Origin: Parcubacteria group bacterium | GTDB lineage: Bacteria > Patescibacteriota > Minisyncoccia > Phycocordibacterales > Zambryskibacteraceae | Direction of reading: 5' to 3' | Length of the DNA: 64,000 bases | Assembly: GCA_028286565.1 (NCBI GenBank) | Contig: JAQBRH010000004.1 | Span: forward strand, 122,168-186,167 | In this document: in pieces, positions 8,646-17,724 of the stretch | How the letters are laid out: each line of letters begins with the position of its first letter | Position numbering within the stretch: the first letter of the stretch is position 1 | Made by a program: the position numbers and the translations under genes | Notes under the pieces: model-generated | The model's input: only the letters and a program-made list of their open reading frames with translations | Database searches by the model: none | What the model was told of the DNA's origin: nothing

Positions 8646-8960
8646 TTAAAATTTAAGTCCGGCTTCTCGGGCGCTGTCTGCGAGGATCTTTACCTTGCCT
8701 GTATATACATACCCGCCTCGGTCGAACACGACGGCTTCCACTTTCTTCGCGAGTGCGCCCTTGGCGATCTCTGCACCGACCTTCTTCGCATCAGTGCCTT
8801 TGGCTGCGGCGAGGGTCACTCCCTTGGTGTCGTCGATGATCTGAGCATAGAGAGATGTGTTCGATTTGAAAACGCAGAGGCGAGGGCGCGCCGCTGTACC
8901 GGATACGGTTGATCGTATCTTCTTGTGGTTCCTATCTCGTTTTTCTTTAGTGGTAGCCAT
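8646..8960 (-). CDS. rplR: 50S ribosomal protein L18
   Basis: 104-aa protein ([20 protein letters not shown]...[26 protein letters not shown]) matching L18. Confidence 0.93.
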   Translation of the reverse strand: MATTKEKRDRNHKKIRSTVSGTAARPRLCVFKSNTSLYAQIIDDTKGVTLAAAKGTDAKKVGAEIAKGALAKKVEAVVFDRGGYVYTGKVKILADSAREAGLKF

Positions 8961-8974
8961 TGTTGTGTATCACA

Positions 8975-9508
8975 CTATGCCGACTTCTTGCCCTGCTTCC
9001 TCTTGATCACTTCGCCGTCGTATCGCATACCCTTGCCTTTATACGGTTCGGGCTTCTTCAAGGCGCGGAGCGAAGCGGCGAACTGGCCGACGGCTTCTTT
9101 GTTGATACCGGAAACAGTGATGAGGTTCTTCTCTGCGGTCACCTTGATCCCGGCCGGGATAGCGACGATAACGGGGTGAGAGAATCCGAGAGCGAGCTGG
9201 ATGGAATCCCCTTTTACCTCTGATTTAAAACCGATGCCTTCGAGAATGAGCTTCTTTTCGAACGGCTTGTTGACCCCTTCGACCATGTTCTTCAAGTGCG
9301 AAGCGTAGGTGCCCCAGAGTGCGCGGGATTCAAGCGTCTCTCGCTTTGGATGGAGGGTAACCAAGTTGCCTTCTACCTTGACCACGATGATCGGATCAAA
9401 GATCTTTGAAAGCTCCCCTCCCGGACCCTTGATGGATACGGTAGAACCCGAGAGATTGATCTCGGTCTTCGGAGGAAGGGTGATGATTTGTTTGCCGATT
9501 CGTGACAT
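8975..9508 (-). CDS. rplF: 50S ribosomal protein L6
   Basis: 177-aa two-domain L6 (MSRIGKQIITLPPKTEINLSGSTVSIKGPGGELS...). Confidence 0.95.
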   Translation of the reverse strand: MSRIGKQIITLPPKTEINLSGSTVSIKGPGGELSKIFDPIIVVKVEGNLVTLHPKRETLESRALWGTYASHLKNMVEGVNKPFEKKLILEGIGFKSEVKGDSIQLALGFSHPVIVAIPAGIKVTAEKNLITVSGINKEAVGQFAASLRALKKPEPYKGKGMRYDGEVIKRKQGKKSA

Positions 9509-9518
9509 AAATATGAAA

Positions 9519-9905
9519 TTACCAGATCGAGAAGAGCACTTCTCCGCCGAGCTTGTTCTTCTTTGCCTCTCGGCCGCTCATGATGCCCTTAGGAGTTGAT
9601 ATGACGAGTGACCCATAGCCGCTCTTGACCGGGCGGATCTCGGACGACTTCTTGTAGACTCGCTTTGAGGTCTTTGAAAGCCGCTTGATCCCTTTGATCT
9701 TTGGAATGCGGTTTTCGAGAATGATGCCGACTTCAAGCACCGGTCGATTATTGGCCATCTTCTTCTCGACCGACTTCACGAACCCTTCGGACTTCAAGAC
9801 GTTTGCGATGTTCTCTTTGACCGCCGAGTATGGGACAACGGCCAAATCTCTGCCGGCCTTGCCTGCATTGGAGAGCTGAACGATCATGTTTGCGATAGGG
9901 TCCAT
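9519..9905 (-). CDS. rpsH: 30S ribosomal protein S8
   Basis: 128-aa protein (MDPIANMIVQLSNAGKAGRDLAVVPYS...). Confidence 0.95.
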   Translation of the reverse strand: MDPIANMIVQLSNAGKAGRDLAVVPYSAVKENIANVLKSEGFVKSVEKKMANNRPVLEVGIILENRIPKIKGIKRLSKTSKRVYKKSSEIRPVKSGYGSLVISTPKGIMSGREAKKNKLGGEVLFSIW

Positions 9906-9912
9906 AGATGAT

Positions 9913-10101
9913 TTACCAAGAAGCCTTCTTTACTCCGGGGATCTTGCCTTCGTTGGCAAGCTCTCTGAAGCAGATACGGCAGAGACCGAAGTCTCGCATG
10001 AATCCTCGTCCTCGACCGCATCGAAAACAGCGGTGAGTGGCCCGAGTGCTGAATTTCGGGGTCTTTTTGGATCGTGCGATGACTGAGGTCTTTGCCATGT
10101 G
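9913..10101 (-). CDS. rpsZ: 30S ribosomal protein S14 type Z (zinc-binding)
   Basis: 61-aa protein with a CxxC...CxxC zinc ribbon ([23 protein letters not shown]). Start taken at [12 protein letters not shown] rather than the track start. Confidence 0.9.
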   Translation of the reverse strand, partial: HMAKTSVIARSKKTPKFSTRATHRCFRCGRGRGFMRDFGLCRICFRELANEGKIPGVKKASW

Positions 10102-10399
10102 AATAGAAAACGGCTTCAAAGCCGATGTGCTAGCTTATCATAGCCAATCCATATATTGCAAGGCCGTTTAGGAAAGGTCTATACTCAAGGGAGACCCCCT
10201 GTTCCCTGTCCTAAGGACCCCCGTGAATGTACATATAATTATCGAGCTGGCCCGAGGATTTGAGCCCGAGATCGGGCTTCTAGCCCTGATGTTCGCCTTT
10301 TGGCCCATCCTAGAGAAACCCAAGCCCTGGCTTCCCAAACCAATTTCTCGTCACCCGGACTATCCCATGCTCAGATCGCACGCCGACCTTGTAGCCGAA

Positions 10400-10444
10400 G
10401 AGGAGGAAGAGAACAAGAAACGCCCAAAGCCGCCCGAAGGCGGT
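10400..10444 (-). terminator. Terminator/attenuator-like hairpin (ccgcc-cgaa-ggcgg) plus U-rich tract directly after the rplE stop, inside the spc operon
   Basis: Minus-strand read TAA...ACCGCCTTCGGGCGGCTTTGGGCGTTTCTTGTTCTCTTCC. The U-tract is imperfect. Confidence 0.4.
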
Positions 10445-10459
10445 TGTTCATTTCTTCTT

Positions 10460-10993
10460 TTACTTTTTGAAAGGAAACCCGAGATGTTCAAGGAAGGCTT
10501 GGACTTCCTTCTTTGACTTCGCAGTGGTGACGATAGTGATGGCCATGCCGAAAACGTCCTTCAGTTCTTCATCGGCGGTTTCGGGGAAGATGGTGTGCTC
10601 CTTGATGCCGAGGGTGTAGTTCCCCATATCGTCGGCGGCGTCTCGTGAAATGCCACGGAAGTCCTTGGTTCGAGGAAGGGAGATGTGGATCAACTTCTCG
10701 AGGAAGTCGTGCATGCGGGCTCCGCGAAGCGTCACCTGGTAGCCGACGAGGTCTCCCTCGCGTGATTTAAAGTTCGCAATAGCGACCTTGGCGGTTCGGG
10801 CGGCGGCCTTCTGTCCGGTGATCTTTGAAAGGCGGTCTTCGATCAATTTGATCTTGGCCTTGTCCTTCACCGAGCCGACGCCGACGGAAATAACCACCTT
10901 CTTGATCGAAGGAGACTGCATCGGGTTCTTGTAGCCGTGCGTCTTCGTCATCTCCTCATACGCCGACTTAGTTTTGTGTTTAAGAGTTTCCAT
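10460..10993 (-). CDS. rplE: 50S ribosomal protein L5
   Basis: 177-aa L5 (ISVGVGSVKD...GYQVTLRGARMHDFLEKLIHISLPR...). Confidence 0.95.
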   Translation of the reverse strand: METLKHKTKSAYEEMTKTHGYKNPMQSPSIKKVVISVGVGSVKDKAKIKLIEDRLSKITGQKAAARTAKVAIANFKSREGDLVGYQVTLRGARMHDFLEKLIHISLPRTKDFRGISRDAADDMGNYTLGIKEHTIFPETADEELKDVFGMAITIVTTAKSKKEVQAFLEHLGFPFKK

Positions 10994-10998
10994 TTTAT

Positions 10999-11307
10999 TT
11001 ATTCGATACTTGCTCCGGACTTTTTCGAAACGCGGACCATTTTCTCTCCTACTTTCTTCATCCCTACTCGAGTAGGCTTTTTGGTTTTTGGATCAAGGAT
11101 CGAGACGAGTGAGACGTGCATCGGATACGACTTCTCGATGATCTGGCCCTTCACCCCGGACTTCGTGGCCTTCTTGTGGACCTTGCGGATGTTCATCCCT
11201 TCGATCAAGACCTTCATTTCTTTAGGCAGCGCCTTCAAGACCTTGCCGGTCTTGCCTTTGTCTTTGCCTCCTCGAACTATGACTGTGTCTCCTTTTTTGA
11301 TCTTCAT
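10999..11307 (-). CDS. rplX: 50S ribosomal protein L24
   Basis: KOW motif (MKIKKGDTVIVRGGKDKGKTGKV). Confidence 0.93.
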   Translation of the reverse strand: MKIKKGDTVIVRGGKDKGKTGKVLKALPKEMKVLIEGMNIRKVHKKATKSGVKGQIIEKSYPMHVSLVSILDPKTKKPTRVGMKKVGEKMVRVSKKSGASIE

Positions 11308-11334
11308 AAATTTATTTATAGTGAGGGTCTCGAA

Positions 11335-11706
11335 CTATACGACCTCCGGGGCTAGAGAGATGATCTTCTGGAATCCCCTTTCTCCGATCTCCCGAGGGAT
11401 AGGTCCGAAGACGCGTCCGGCCTGTGGTTCTTTCTTGGCCTTATCCAAGATGACCACCGCGTTCTCATCAAAGCGAACATACGAGCCGTCCTTCCTGCGG
11501 AAAGGCGCCTTCTGGCGAACGACAACCGCATAGAGGACATCCTTTTTCTTCACCGCCTTTCGAGGCTCGGCCTTCTGGATCGAGAGAACGACGATGTCTC
11601 CGAGCTGCGCATAGCGCTTCTTCGAGCTGCCGAGCACCTTGAACACTCGTCCGATCTTTCCTCCGGAGTTGTCAGCGATCTCGACGATGGTCTGGGGCTG
11701 TACCAT
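11335..11706 (-). CDS. rplN: 50S ribosomal protein L14
   Basis: MVQPQTIVEIADNSGGK...VVVRQK... classic L14. Confidence 0.97.
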   Translation of the reverse strand: MVQPQTIVEIADNSGGKIGRVFKVLGSSKKRYAQLGDIVVLSIQKAEPRKAVKKKDVLYAVVVRQKAPFRRKDGSYVRFDENAVVILDKAKKEPQAGRVFGPIPREIGERGFQKIISLAPEVV

Positions 11707-11712
11707 AAATAG

Positions 11713-11952
11713 TTATATGACTTTGAATTTCTTGTCCTTGGAGATCGGCTTGGTCTCCGCGATGCGGACCTTCTCGCCGATCCGCTTGGTGTTGCCGGCG
11801 TCGTGGGCCTTGAACTTCTTCTTGTGCTTCACGAACTTGCCGTATTTCGGATGCTTCTCGTAGCGTTCGATCAAGACGACGATAGTGTCCTTCATCTTGT
11901 CCGAGACGACAACTCCTTCGAAGATCTTTGTTTTTGTAGCTTTAGCTTCCAT
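11713..11952 (-). CDS. rpsQ: 30S ribosomal protein S17
   Basis: 79-aa OB-fold protein (KIFEGVVVSDKMKDTIVVLIERYEKHPKYGKFVKHKKKFKAHD). Confidence 0.93.
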   Translation of the reverse strand: MEAKATKTKIFEGVVVSDKMKDTIVVLIERYEKHPKYGKFVKHKKKFKAHDAGNTKRIGEKVRIAETKPISKDKKFKVI

Positions 11953-11953
11953 A

Positions 11954-12136
11954 TTATTTGTTGCGATTGAGCTCGGTCATGATGCGGGCGATATCCTTCT
12001 TTGCCTCTCGGCCGGCCTTCACATTCTTCTTCGCGCCCGAAGCTCCGAAGCGGAAATCCCGGAGAGCGACTCGCTTGTCCGCGAGGGCTTTCTGGAGTTC
12101 AGGGGCGGCTTTGCCGATGTATGAGGTCTTTTTCAT
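11954..12136 (-). CDS. rpmC: 50S ribosomal protein L29
   Basis: 60-aa helical protein in the canonical slot between rplP and rpsQ. Confidence 0.85.
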   Translation of the reverse strand: MKKTSYIGKAAPELQKALADKRVALRDFRFGASGAKKNVKAGREAKKDIARIMTELNRNK

Positions 12137-12141
12137 AGTAG

Positions 12142-12561
12142 TTATATGCGGGCAACGATCTTCGTCTTGACGGGCAACTTAGTACCGGCCTTTCGAAGGG
12201 CTTCCTTGGCCACAGCCTCGGGAACTCCGTCGACCTCAAAGAGGATCCGGCCGGCTCGAACGGCGGCTACATAGCCTTCAAGTTCTCCCTTACCCTTTCC
12301 GAGCTTCACTTCTGCAGGTTTTTTAGTATACGGCATGTCGGGGAAAATGCGAATCCAGAGGCGGCCGGACTTCCCGATCGATCGAGAGAGCACTTTTCGA
12401 GCGGCTTCGATCTGGTTCGAGCGGATCCTCTGGGGAGCCATGGCCTTCAAGCCGAAAGATCCGAAAGCGACGGTCACTCCGCGGGTATCGGCGCCGACCT
12501 TTAGAGGGTTCTTCCTCATCGTGTGCCACTTTCTGAATTTAACTTTCTTTGGGAACAGCAT
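12142..12561 (-). CDS. rplP: 50S ribosomal protein L16
   Basis: MLFPKKVKFRKWHTMR... classic L16. Confidence 0.97.
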   Translation of the reverse strand: MLFPKKVKFRKWHTMRKNPLKVGADTRGVTVAFGSFGLKAMAPQRIRSNQIEAARKVLSRSIGKSGRLWIRIFPDMPYTKKPAEVKLGKGKGELEGYVAAVRAGRILFEVDGVPEAVAKEALRKAGTKLPVKTKIVARI

Positions 12562-12572
12562 GATAGTGAATA

Positions 12573-13250
12573 TTATTTCTGAACGTTAGCGTCCTTTTCG
12601 AAAATATCTCCCTTGTAGATCCAGACCTTCACGCCGAGAGTACCGTACGGCATGATCGCTCGAGTCGAGGCATAGTCCACGTCCGCGCGGAAGGTCTGGA
12701 GAGGGATCCGGCCGAGCTTTCTGTCTTCGGTTCGGCTCATGGTCGCTCCGCCGAGTCGTCCGGCGAGGAAGATGCGGACTCCGAGGACATCGCGGTTCGC
12801 CATGACCTTTTCGAGCGTCGACTTCATGACGCGCCTGAATGGGAGGCGTTTCTCAAGGCCTTCAACTACCATCTGGGAGACGATGGCGGCGTTCGATTCT
12901 GGCGAGCGGACTTCTTTTATGTCGAGCTTGAGGTCGACCTTCGCATCATAGAGCTTATGCTTTATCAAAAGCTTCTTCACGTCTTCACGGAGCTTGGTGG
13001 CGCCGTCTCCCTGTCGGCCGATGATCATACCGGGACGAGAGGTGCCGATGATGACGCGGAGGGCCTTTTGATTGCGTTCGATCTCTATATCGGATACAAA
13101 AAATCCCTTGAGCTTCTTTTCAAGGAACTGGCGAATAAGGACATCCCCCTTGAGGAATTCCTGATATTTGCCCTTAGGAGAGAACCATCGTGACTTCCAG
13201 TCGCGGAGGATACCAAGGCGGTGTGAATATGGATGTACTGTGTGGGACAT
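12573..13250 (-). CDS. rpsC: 30S ribosomal protein S3
   Basis: KH and S3-C domains. Start placed at MSHTVHPYSHRLG (13250) so that it abuts the rplV stop at 13252; the track ORF extends to 13307 into rplV. Confidence 0.95.
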   Translation of the reverse strand: MSHTVHPYSHRLGILRDWKSRWFSPKGKYQEFLKGDVLIRQFLEKKLKGFFVSDIEIERNQKALRVIIGTSRPGMIIGRQGDGATKLREDVKKLLIKHKLYDAKVDLKLDIKEVRSPESNAAIVSQMVVEGLEKRLPFRRVMKSTLEKVMANRDVLGVRIFLAGRLGGATMSRTEDRKLGRIPLQTFRADVDYASTRAIMPYGTLGVKVWIYKGDIFEKDANVQK

Positions 13251-13251
13251 A

Positions 13252-13626
13252 TTATTTTGAAATTTTCTTCGAAGACTTCTTCTCTTTCTTCGGTGCTCCT
13301 TCCGCAAGGATCACGTTCACGTGAGCAGTTCGCTTCCTAAGGACGAATGCTCGGCCTCGGGACATCGGCAGGCGCCTATAGAGGATCTTTCCTCCGTCGA
13401 CCCTGATCTCCTTGACCACGAGGTTGTCGAGCGAGAGCTCGAGGTTCTTGGCATTGGCCAGGGCGGACGCGAGGAGCTTCTGGAGAGGGGCGGCGGCGCG
13501 CTTTGGGACGAACGACAGGGTGACCAAAGCATCCTCGACCTTTTGGCCGCGGACCATGTCAGCCACCACTCGGACCTTGCGAGGAGACTGTCGATAATCT
13601 GAAAGTGTAGCTTTTGCTTCGGCCAT
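13252..13626 (-). CDS. rplV: 50S ribosomal protein L22
   Basis: 124-aa L22 (MAEAKATLSDYRQSPRKVRVVADMVRGQKVEDALVTLSF...). Confidence 0.93.
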   Translation of the reverse strand: MAEAKATLSDYRQSPRKVRVVADMVRGQKVEDALVTLSFVPKRAAAPLQKLLASALANAKNLELSLDNLVVKEIRVDGGKILYRRLPMSRGRAFVLRKRTAHVNVILAEGAPKKEKKSSKKISK

Positions 13627-13631
13627 AATGG

Positions 13632-13970
13632 TTATTTCTTATCTGCGGACCCCTTGGCGGCCTTAGCGGCGGAGACTTCTGCCTCCTTTTTCTTGATCTC
13701 GAGGTCCTTTTGCATCTTTCCTCCGTGCTTGGTGAACTTCCTGGTGAGGGAGAACTCTCCGAGTCTGTGGCCGACCATGTCTTCGCTCACGAAGACCTCG
13801 ATATGGTCCTTGCCGTTGTGGACGCCGAAAGTAAACCCGACCATCTCAGGAGCGATCTGCGAGGCTCGGGCCCAGGTCTTGATAACACCGGTTGTACCGG
13901 GTTTCTTGCCCTCTATCTTTTTAAGGACGCGAGGGTCGACATATGGGCCTTTTTTGCTTGATCGTGTCAT
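13632..13970 (-). CDS. rpsS: 30S ribosomal protein S19 with a lysine-rich C-terminal tail
   Basis: Core [14 protein letters not shown]...[35 protein letters not shown] matches S19, with an extra ~25-aa K/A-rich tail. Confidence 0.95.
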   Translation of the reverse strand: MTRSSKKGPYVDPRVLKKIEGKKPGTTGVIKTWARASQIAPEMVGFTFGVHNGKDHIEVFVSEDMVGHRLGEFSLTRKFTKHGGKMQKDLEIKKKEAEVSAAKAAKGSADKK

Positions 13971-14008
13971 GAGAAATAAAGAAAGCTCGCACGAGCTTCG
14001 GGAAATAT

Positions 14009-14035
14009 AGTATAGAAATCAGGCTTTAATGTCAA
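14009..14035 (-). promoter_or_regulatory. Strong consensus promoter for rpsS: -35 TTGACA, 15-nt spacer, -10 TATACT, followed by a 5'-UTR hairpin (13993-14008)
   Basis: Minus-strand read TTGACA-ttaaagcctgatttc-TATACT...cccgaagctcgtgcgagctttc...ATG. It shows that rpsS heads its own transcription unit after the S10-cluster split. Confidence 0.5.
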
Positions 14036-14036
14036 A

Positions 14037-15473
14037 TTGGGCCTCTCTGCATGCTATGATATCCGCATGGATTCGGACCGCATGAGGTTAAAAGCTCTCG
14101 AAAGGGAAAAACTCGAGAAGGAAAAGGCTATCCATCCTGAGTTTTTCCCCGAGCAGGCCTGGGTGGACGATAAAGAACTCCTCGAAACCTTGGGTATTCA
14201 TATACCGAACAAGGAGAACCTCCCAAGTGCTTATCTCAAGCTCCTTCCGAGTGACTTCATAGTGGAAGAAGAAACCCAGACCGGGTACCAAACTGACACC
14301 CTCCCTGAACGTACTGCCCTAACAGGAGAAGATGGAGGCACTGTGTATGCGACGCTCGTCAAATGCGGGCTTTCGACCATTGAAGCGGTGGATGAGCTGG
14401 CTAAGCTTTTGAACACAACCAAAGACAAGATCCAGTACGCCGGCATCAAAGACAAGGACGCCGTCACCTCTCAAGAAATTTCTTTTAGAGGCTCTTCGCT
14501 TGAAGCGATAAAGAATATGCGCTCTCCCCATTTCTTCCTCAAGGATGTACGCCCGGGCAAGGGCATCGTGATGCGAGGAGGACTTAACGCAAATAGATTT
14601 ACTATCCTCCTGCGAATAGGAGAAGACATGGAAGATAAGGCTAAGATGAAAAATGCCCTCGAAGCTCTTGAGAGGGTAAAGAATGAAGGGTTTTATAATT
14701 ATTTTTATCTTCAAAGGTTCGGTTCTCCGCGTCTCAATAACTACAAATGGGGGCTTTCTATACTTAAGGGTGACTACGAAAAGGCTGTTCGAGGGCTTAT
14801 CTCGGATCCGGGACTTCGAGAGATACCGTTTTTCTTGAAACAAAGAGAGGAGATCATCGCTCTGGCTCCCGATTGGGCCAAGGTGCTCGCCCGACTGAAT
14901 GAATTCCCTCTCGTCTTCCCTAGCGAGATCAGGGTAGTAGGGCATCTCGTGCAAAAACCGACCGATTTTCTTGGAGCTCTGATGAAGATCGAGGAGCAAG
15001 TTGTACTCTGGGTAAGCGCGGTCGCGTCTCTCATGTATAACCGCAAAGTGAGCGCATACCTCATGGCAGGAATGGAACCCCCCCGCACGCTCCCCCTCTT
15101 CCTCAGTCCGGACAAGAACGATTGGCTGCCCTATATGGAAGATATGGAAAATGTGGGGATCTTCCCTCCTAACTTCAATACTCTTCGGTCATTCCAGCGA
15201 ATATCCATTATGCATAAAGAGATAGAAACCAAGGACAAACCGAAGATCCATGCGGCAGAGGTCATCGCCGAAGGGATCGTGGTCAATTTTTCTCTTGGAA
15301 AAGGAGAATACGCGACCACTTTCCTCTCTCATTTCGTAAATTTATTGAACGGCTGGCCTCCGAAAGAAATGAATGGCGAGATCATCGACCTCAAAAAGCA
15401 TTTGGGCCAAGAACCTCTTGAAAAGACTCTCAAGTATTTCGAGACTGTAAATCTATCCAAGAAAAACGAGTAA
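14037..15473 (+). CDS. truD: tRNA pseudouridine synthase, TruD/Pus7 family
   Basis: Family motifs PSDFIVEE (PEDFxVxE), YAGIKDKDAVTSQ (GxKD catalytic-Asp loop) and NYFYLQRFG (NYFGxQRFG). The likely true start is MDSDRMRL at 14067, 6 nt after a TATGAT -10, i.e. leaderless. Confidence 0.75.
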   Translation: MGLSACYDIRMDSDRMRLKALEREKLEKEKAIHPEFFPEQAWVDDKELLETLGIHIPNKENLPSAYLKLLPSDFIVEEETQTGYQTDTLPERTALTGEDGGTVYATLVKCGLSTIEAVDELAKLLNTTKDKIQYAGIKDKDAVTSQEISFRGSSLEAIKNMRSPHFFLKDVRPGKGIVMRGGLNANRFTILLRIGEDMEDKAKMKNALEALERVKNEGFYNYFYLQRFGSPRLNNYKWGLSILKGDYEKAVRGLISDPGLREIPFFLKQREEIIALAPDWAKVLARLNEFPLVFPSEIRVVGHLVQKPTDFLGALMKIEEQVVLWVSAVASLMYNRKVSAYLMAGMEPPRTLPLFLSPDKNDWLPYMEDMENVGIFPPNFNTLRSFQRISIMHKEIETKDKPKIHAAEVIAEGIVVNFSLGKGEYATTFLSHFVNLLNGWPPKEMNGEIIDLKKHLGQEPLEKTLKYFETVNLSKKNE

Positions 15474-15480
15474 AAGAAGA

Positions 15481-15509
15481 GGCCGAACCCGTAGGTTCGG
15501 CCTTTGTCC
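15481..15509. terminator. Bidirectional terminator ggccgaacc-cgta-ggttcggcc between convergent truD and the 188-aa gene
   Basis: Perfect 9-bp stem with U-rich flanks on both strands. Confidence 0.7.
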
Positions 15510-15528
15510 ATTGAAGGACCCTTCTCAC

Positions 15529-16095
15529 TTACTGAACTGCCGCCGCGTGACGACTGTCCATCTCGGCGTCAGCCGGCCGGTCGATGCGCTCGATCCCGGC
15601 GGGAACTCGCTTCTCGTTCGTGAAGAAGAACTTCACGAGGACAAGCTTGATCTCGTCGAGCCGGACACCGTCGGTAACCGGGCCTTCGAAGCCGGCAGGG
15701 ACGATGCCGAGTACGTCATCGCGAACGGTGACGTTCTGCTTCGGCGAGCCCTGTTGGACACCGACGAAGTTGATCGTCAGCACGCCGTTCGGATTCAGCC
15801 AGATGTGGCAGAACCAGGGCGTCGATGCGAGGTCGCGAAGCGCTTCGGTCGTCGCACGGCTGAGCTCCGCGATCGGAGTGCCAGCCGGCGAGTACGCGAG
15901 TGTGACAACGAACTTGGTAGTGGCGCCTTCCTTCTGCTGCTTGTGCATCTGAGCGCGATCGAGGCCAAAGCCTGCGTTCGTGAGTGCTCGACGGACGAGC
16001 TCTGCGCTCACCATCTTCTCGTTGTTGTAGATCTGCACACCGGTGTCGACGCGTCCATCGCGGATACGTCCGACTGCTGCGAGATTCTCGGTCAT
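15529..16095 (-). CDS. Hypothetical protein (188 aa); visibly GC-richer than its neighbours
   Basis: Long ORF bounded by terminators on both sides, with no recognisable catalytic motif. The segment GVLTINFVG is weakly reminiscent of small heat-shock protein beta-strands; this is not established. Confidence 0.5.
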   Translation of the reverse strand: MTENLAAVGRIRDGRVDTGVQIYNNEKMVSAELVRRALTNAGFGLDRAQMHKQQKEGATTKFVVTLAYSPAGTPIAELSRATTEALRDLASTPWFCHIWLNPNGVLTINFVGVQQGSPKQNVTVRDDVLGIVPAGFEGPVTDGVRLDEIKLVLVKFFFTNEKRVPAGIERIDRPADAEMDSRHAAAVQ

Positions 16096-16214
16096 GCGAC
16101 TTCCTCCGGGCTTCTGCCCTAGTGGTAAGTGAGGAGTGAATGTACATCAGGTACCTGCCTGATTTGTTAATCATATCATATTCAATACCCAATGTCAAGA
16201 ACAACTAAGGCGCA

Positions 16215-16241
16215 GAAAAGGGCCCAACTGGGCCCTTTTCC
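16215..16241. terminator. Bidirectional terminator gggccc-aact-gggccc
   Basis: Perfect 6-bp GC stem flanked by aaaag and ttttcc. Confidence 0.65.
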
Positions 16242-16273
16242 GGCTATTTCGGTATTATCTAGCGTATACCGAG

Positions 16274-16963
16274 TTAGCGCTTGTCGCTCATTTCGCCGCG
16301 AACGCGTTCGATGAAGCGTCCTGCCGCTTCCTGTCCGCCGAGGCCGAAGGAGAGGCCAAGGGCAAGAGAGATAGCGATCACGATGCCTGTGAAGAGAGTT
16401 TGCGAGAATGCCGCTGCGATACCAAGCTGTGAAAGAGCGACGAGGATGGTGAAGATCCAGATTGCCCACTTGGCGATCGTGCCTGCGAAGTGCGCTGAGG
16501 TGATCTGAGCGCTCTTTGCTGCGGTGACGACCACTCGGTCGACCACATCCCCTACCACGCCTCCGACGAGGAGGATGAGGGCTGCGACGATAACACGAGG
16601 GAGGTACGCAATGACAACGTCCTGGAGGAATACGTTGACCTGGTTAAGGCCGAGGACGTTGAAGGCTGCGATAAGGAACACGAGGATCACGAACCACTTG
16701 ACGAGACCGCCGATGAAGGCGCCTGAGTCGAGGTTCATGCCGCTTCGTCGAAGGAATGTTTCAAATCCTGCTCGGCGAAGCGCTTCGTCAACACGGAGAG
16801 ATCGGAACACCTGCCAGATCGCTCGGCCAAAGAGTGCGCCGATGAGCCATCCCAAGATGAGGATGATGATCGCGATAATAAGGTTTGGAACAAAGCTGAC
16901 GATCCCTAACCAAAGATTTTGGAAGGAAAGAGTCAATACTTGTCCCCATGTAGTCATAATCAT
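16274..16963 (-). CDS. Membrane protein with internally repeated conserved-TM-helix modules (MscS N-terminal-like)
   Basis: 229 aa, 5-6 TM segments and two similar halves (LWLGIVSFVPNLIIAIIILILGW... and AKWAIWIFTILVALSQLGIAAAF...). Assigned on pattern only. Confidence 0.6.
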   Translation of the reverse strand: MIMTTWGQVLTLSFQNLWLGIVSFVPNLIIAIIILILGWLIGALFGRAIWQVFRSLRVDEALRRAGFETFLRRSGMNLDSGAFIGGLVKWFVILVFLIAAFNVLGLNQVNVFLQDVVIAYLPRVIVAALILLVGGVVGDVVDRVVVTAAKSAQITSAHFAGTIAKWAIWIFTILVALSQLGIAAAFSQTLFTGIVIAISLALGLSFGLGGQEAAGRFIERVRGEMSDKR

Positions 16964-17079
16964 ATATTCTGGACTGTAGACCGTTACTTATTAATTACCA
17001 CCCGATGTGGTTATGCCCTATTATACACCTCTATTTCTGATTTAAATCAACTCTTGGCCCGACTGTGGATAGGAATCGC

Positions 17080-17640
17080 CTAGAGCCCGAGTTTGTTGTG
17101 GATCTTCTTGTGGTTAAAATCGAGAATATCGCGGACAAGCTTGTCGTAGAGGCCCAAGCGATAGTGGAAATCGGCGGTCTCAAAAGCCGCATAGCGGATC
17201 TCTCGGCCAAGTTCGGCTTCGATCGACTCTATGGCGTGGATAAGGATCCCCTTCTTCAAATGGTCGCCGACAACAAGGAGGTCGACCCGAGCTTCGGGGT
17301 CATGAAGGAATACGCCGGAGATGAGCACGAGCTTGAGGGCGCCGCCGCGGGCCAGCTTTTTTATGAGCTCCTTTTCGGTGATCGGGGTCGCATCGACGAG
17401 GAAATGCTCGAGGGGCTTTAGGTATCTGTATACGGTGTTCAAGGTGTAGCCCTTGGCCCTCTTCCTGATGAGGCCGGAGCGGTGGAGATTTCTGATCTCT
17501 CGGGCGACGAGCGGGCGTCGTTCTTGGGTTCGTTCGGCGACGGTCCCGGCATCATAGACGGAGCCCGGATTAAAGACAAAGAGGCGCATGATCTTTACTT
17601 TAGCCTCTCCGCCGAATATCTGAGCAACCGATTTGGTCAT
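17080..17640 (-). CDS. Hypothetical protein with an N-terminal winged-helix DNA-binding-like domain
   Basis: N-terminal KVKIMRLFVFNPGSVYDAGTVAERTQERRPLVAREIRNLHRSGLIRK resembles a wHTH. The C-terminal part (LVLISGVFLHDPEARVDLLVVGDH...) might be a degenerate nucleotidyltransferase-like fold; this is uncertain. Confidence 0.55.
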   Translation of the reverse strand: MTKSVAQIFGGEAKVKIMRLFVFNPGSVYDAGTVAERTQERRPLVAREIRNLHRSGLIRKRAKGYTLNTVYRYLKPLEHFLVDATPITEKELIKKLARGGALKLVLISGVFLHDPEARVDLLVVGDHLKKGILIHAIESIEAELGREIRYAAFETADFHYRLGLYDKLVRDILDFNHKKIHNKLGL

Positions 17641-17724
17641 GGGGCCATTCTACACATATCCCCTGCGAGGCGCCAGGGCAATAAAAAGCTGGCATAAATT
17701 GCCAGCTACCCCTTCCGATTTGGT

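Noticed and set aside
10223-10516. 97-aa plus-strand ORF in the rplE-rpsZ gap
   Set aside because: Its 3' end overlaps the rplE coding 3' end on the opposite strand, and it has no RBS or promoter context. The gap is more likely non-coding or regulatory.
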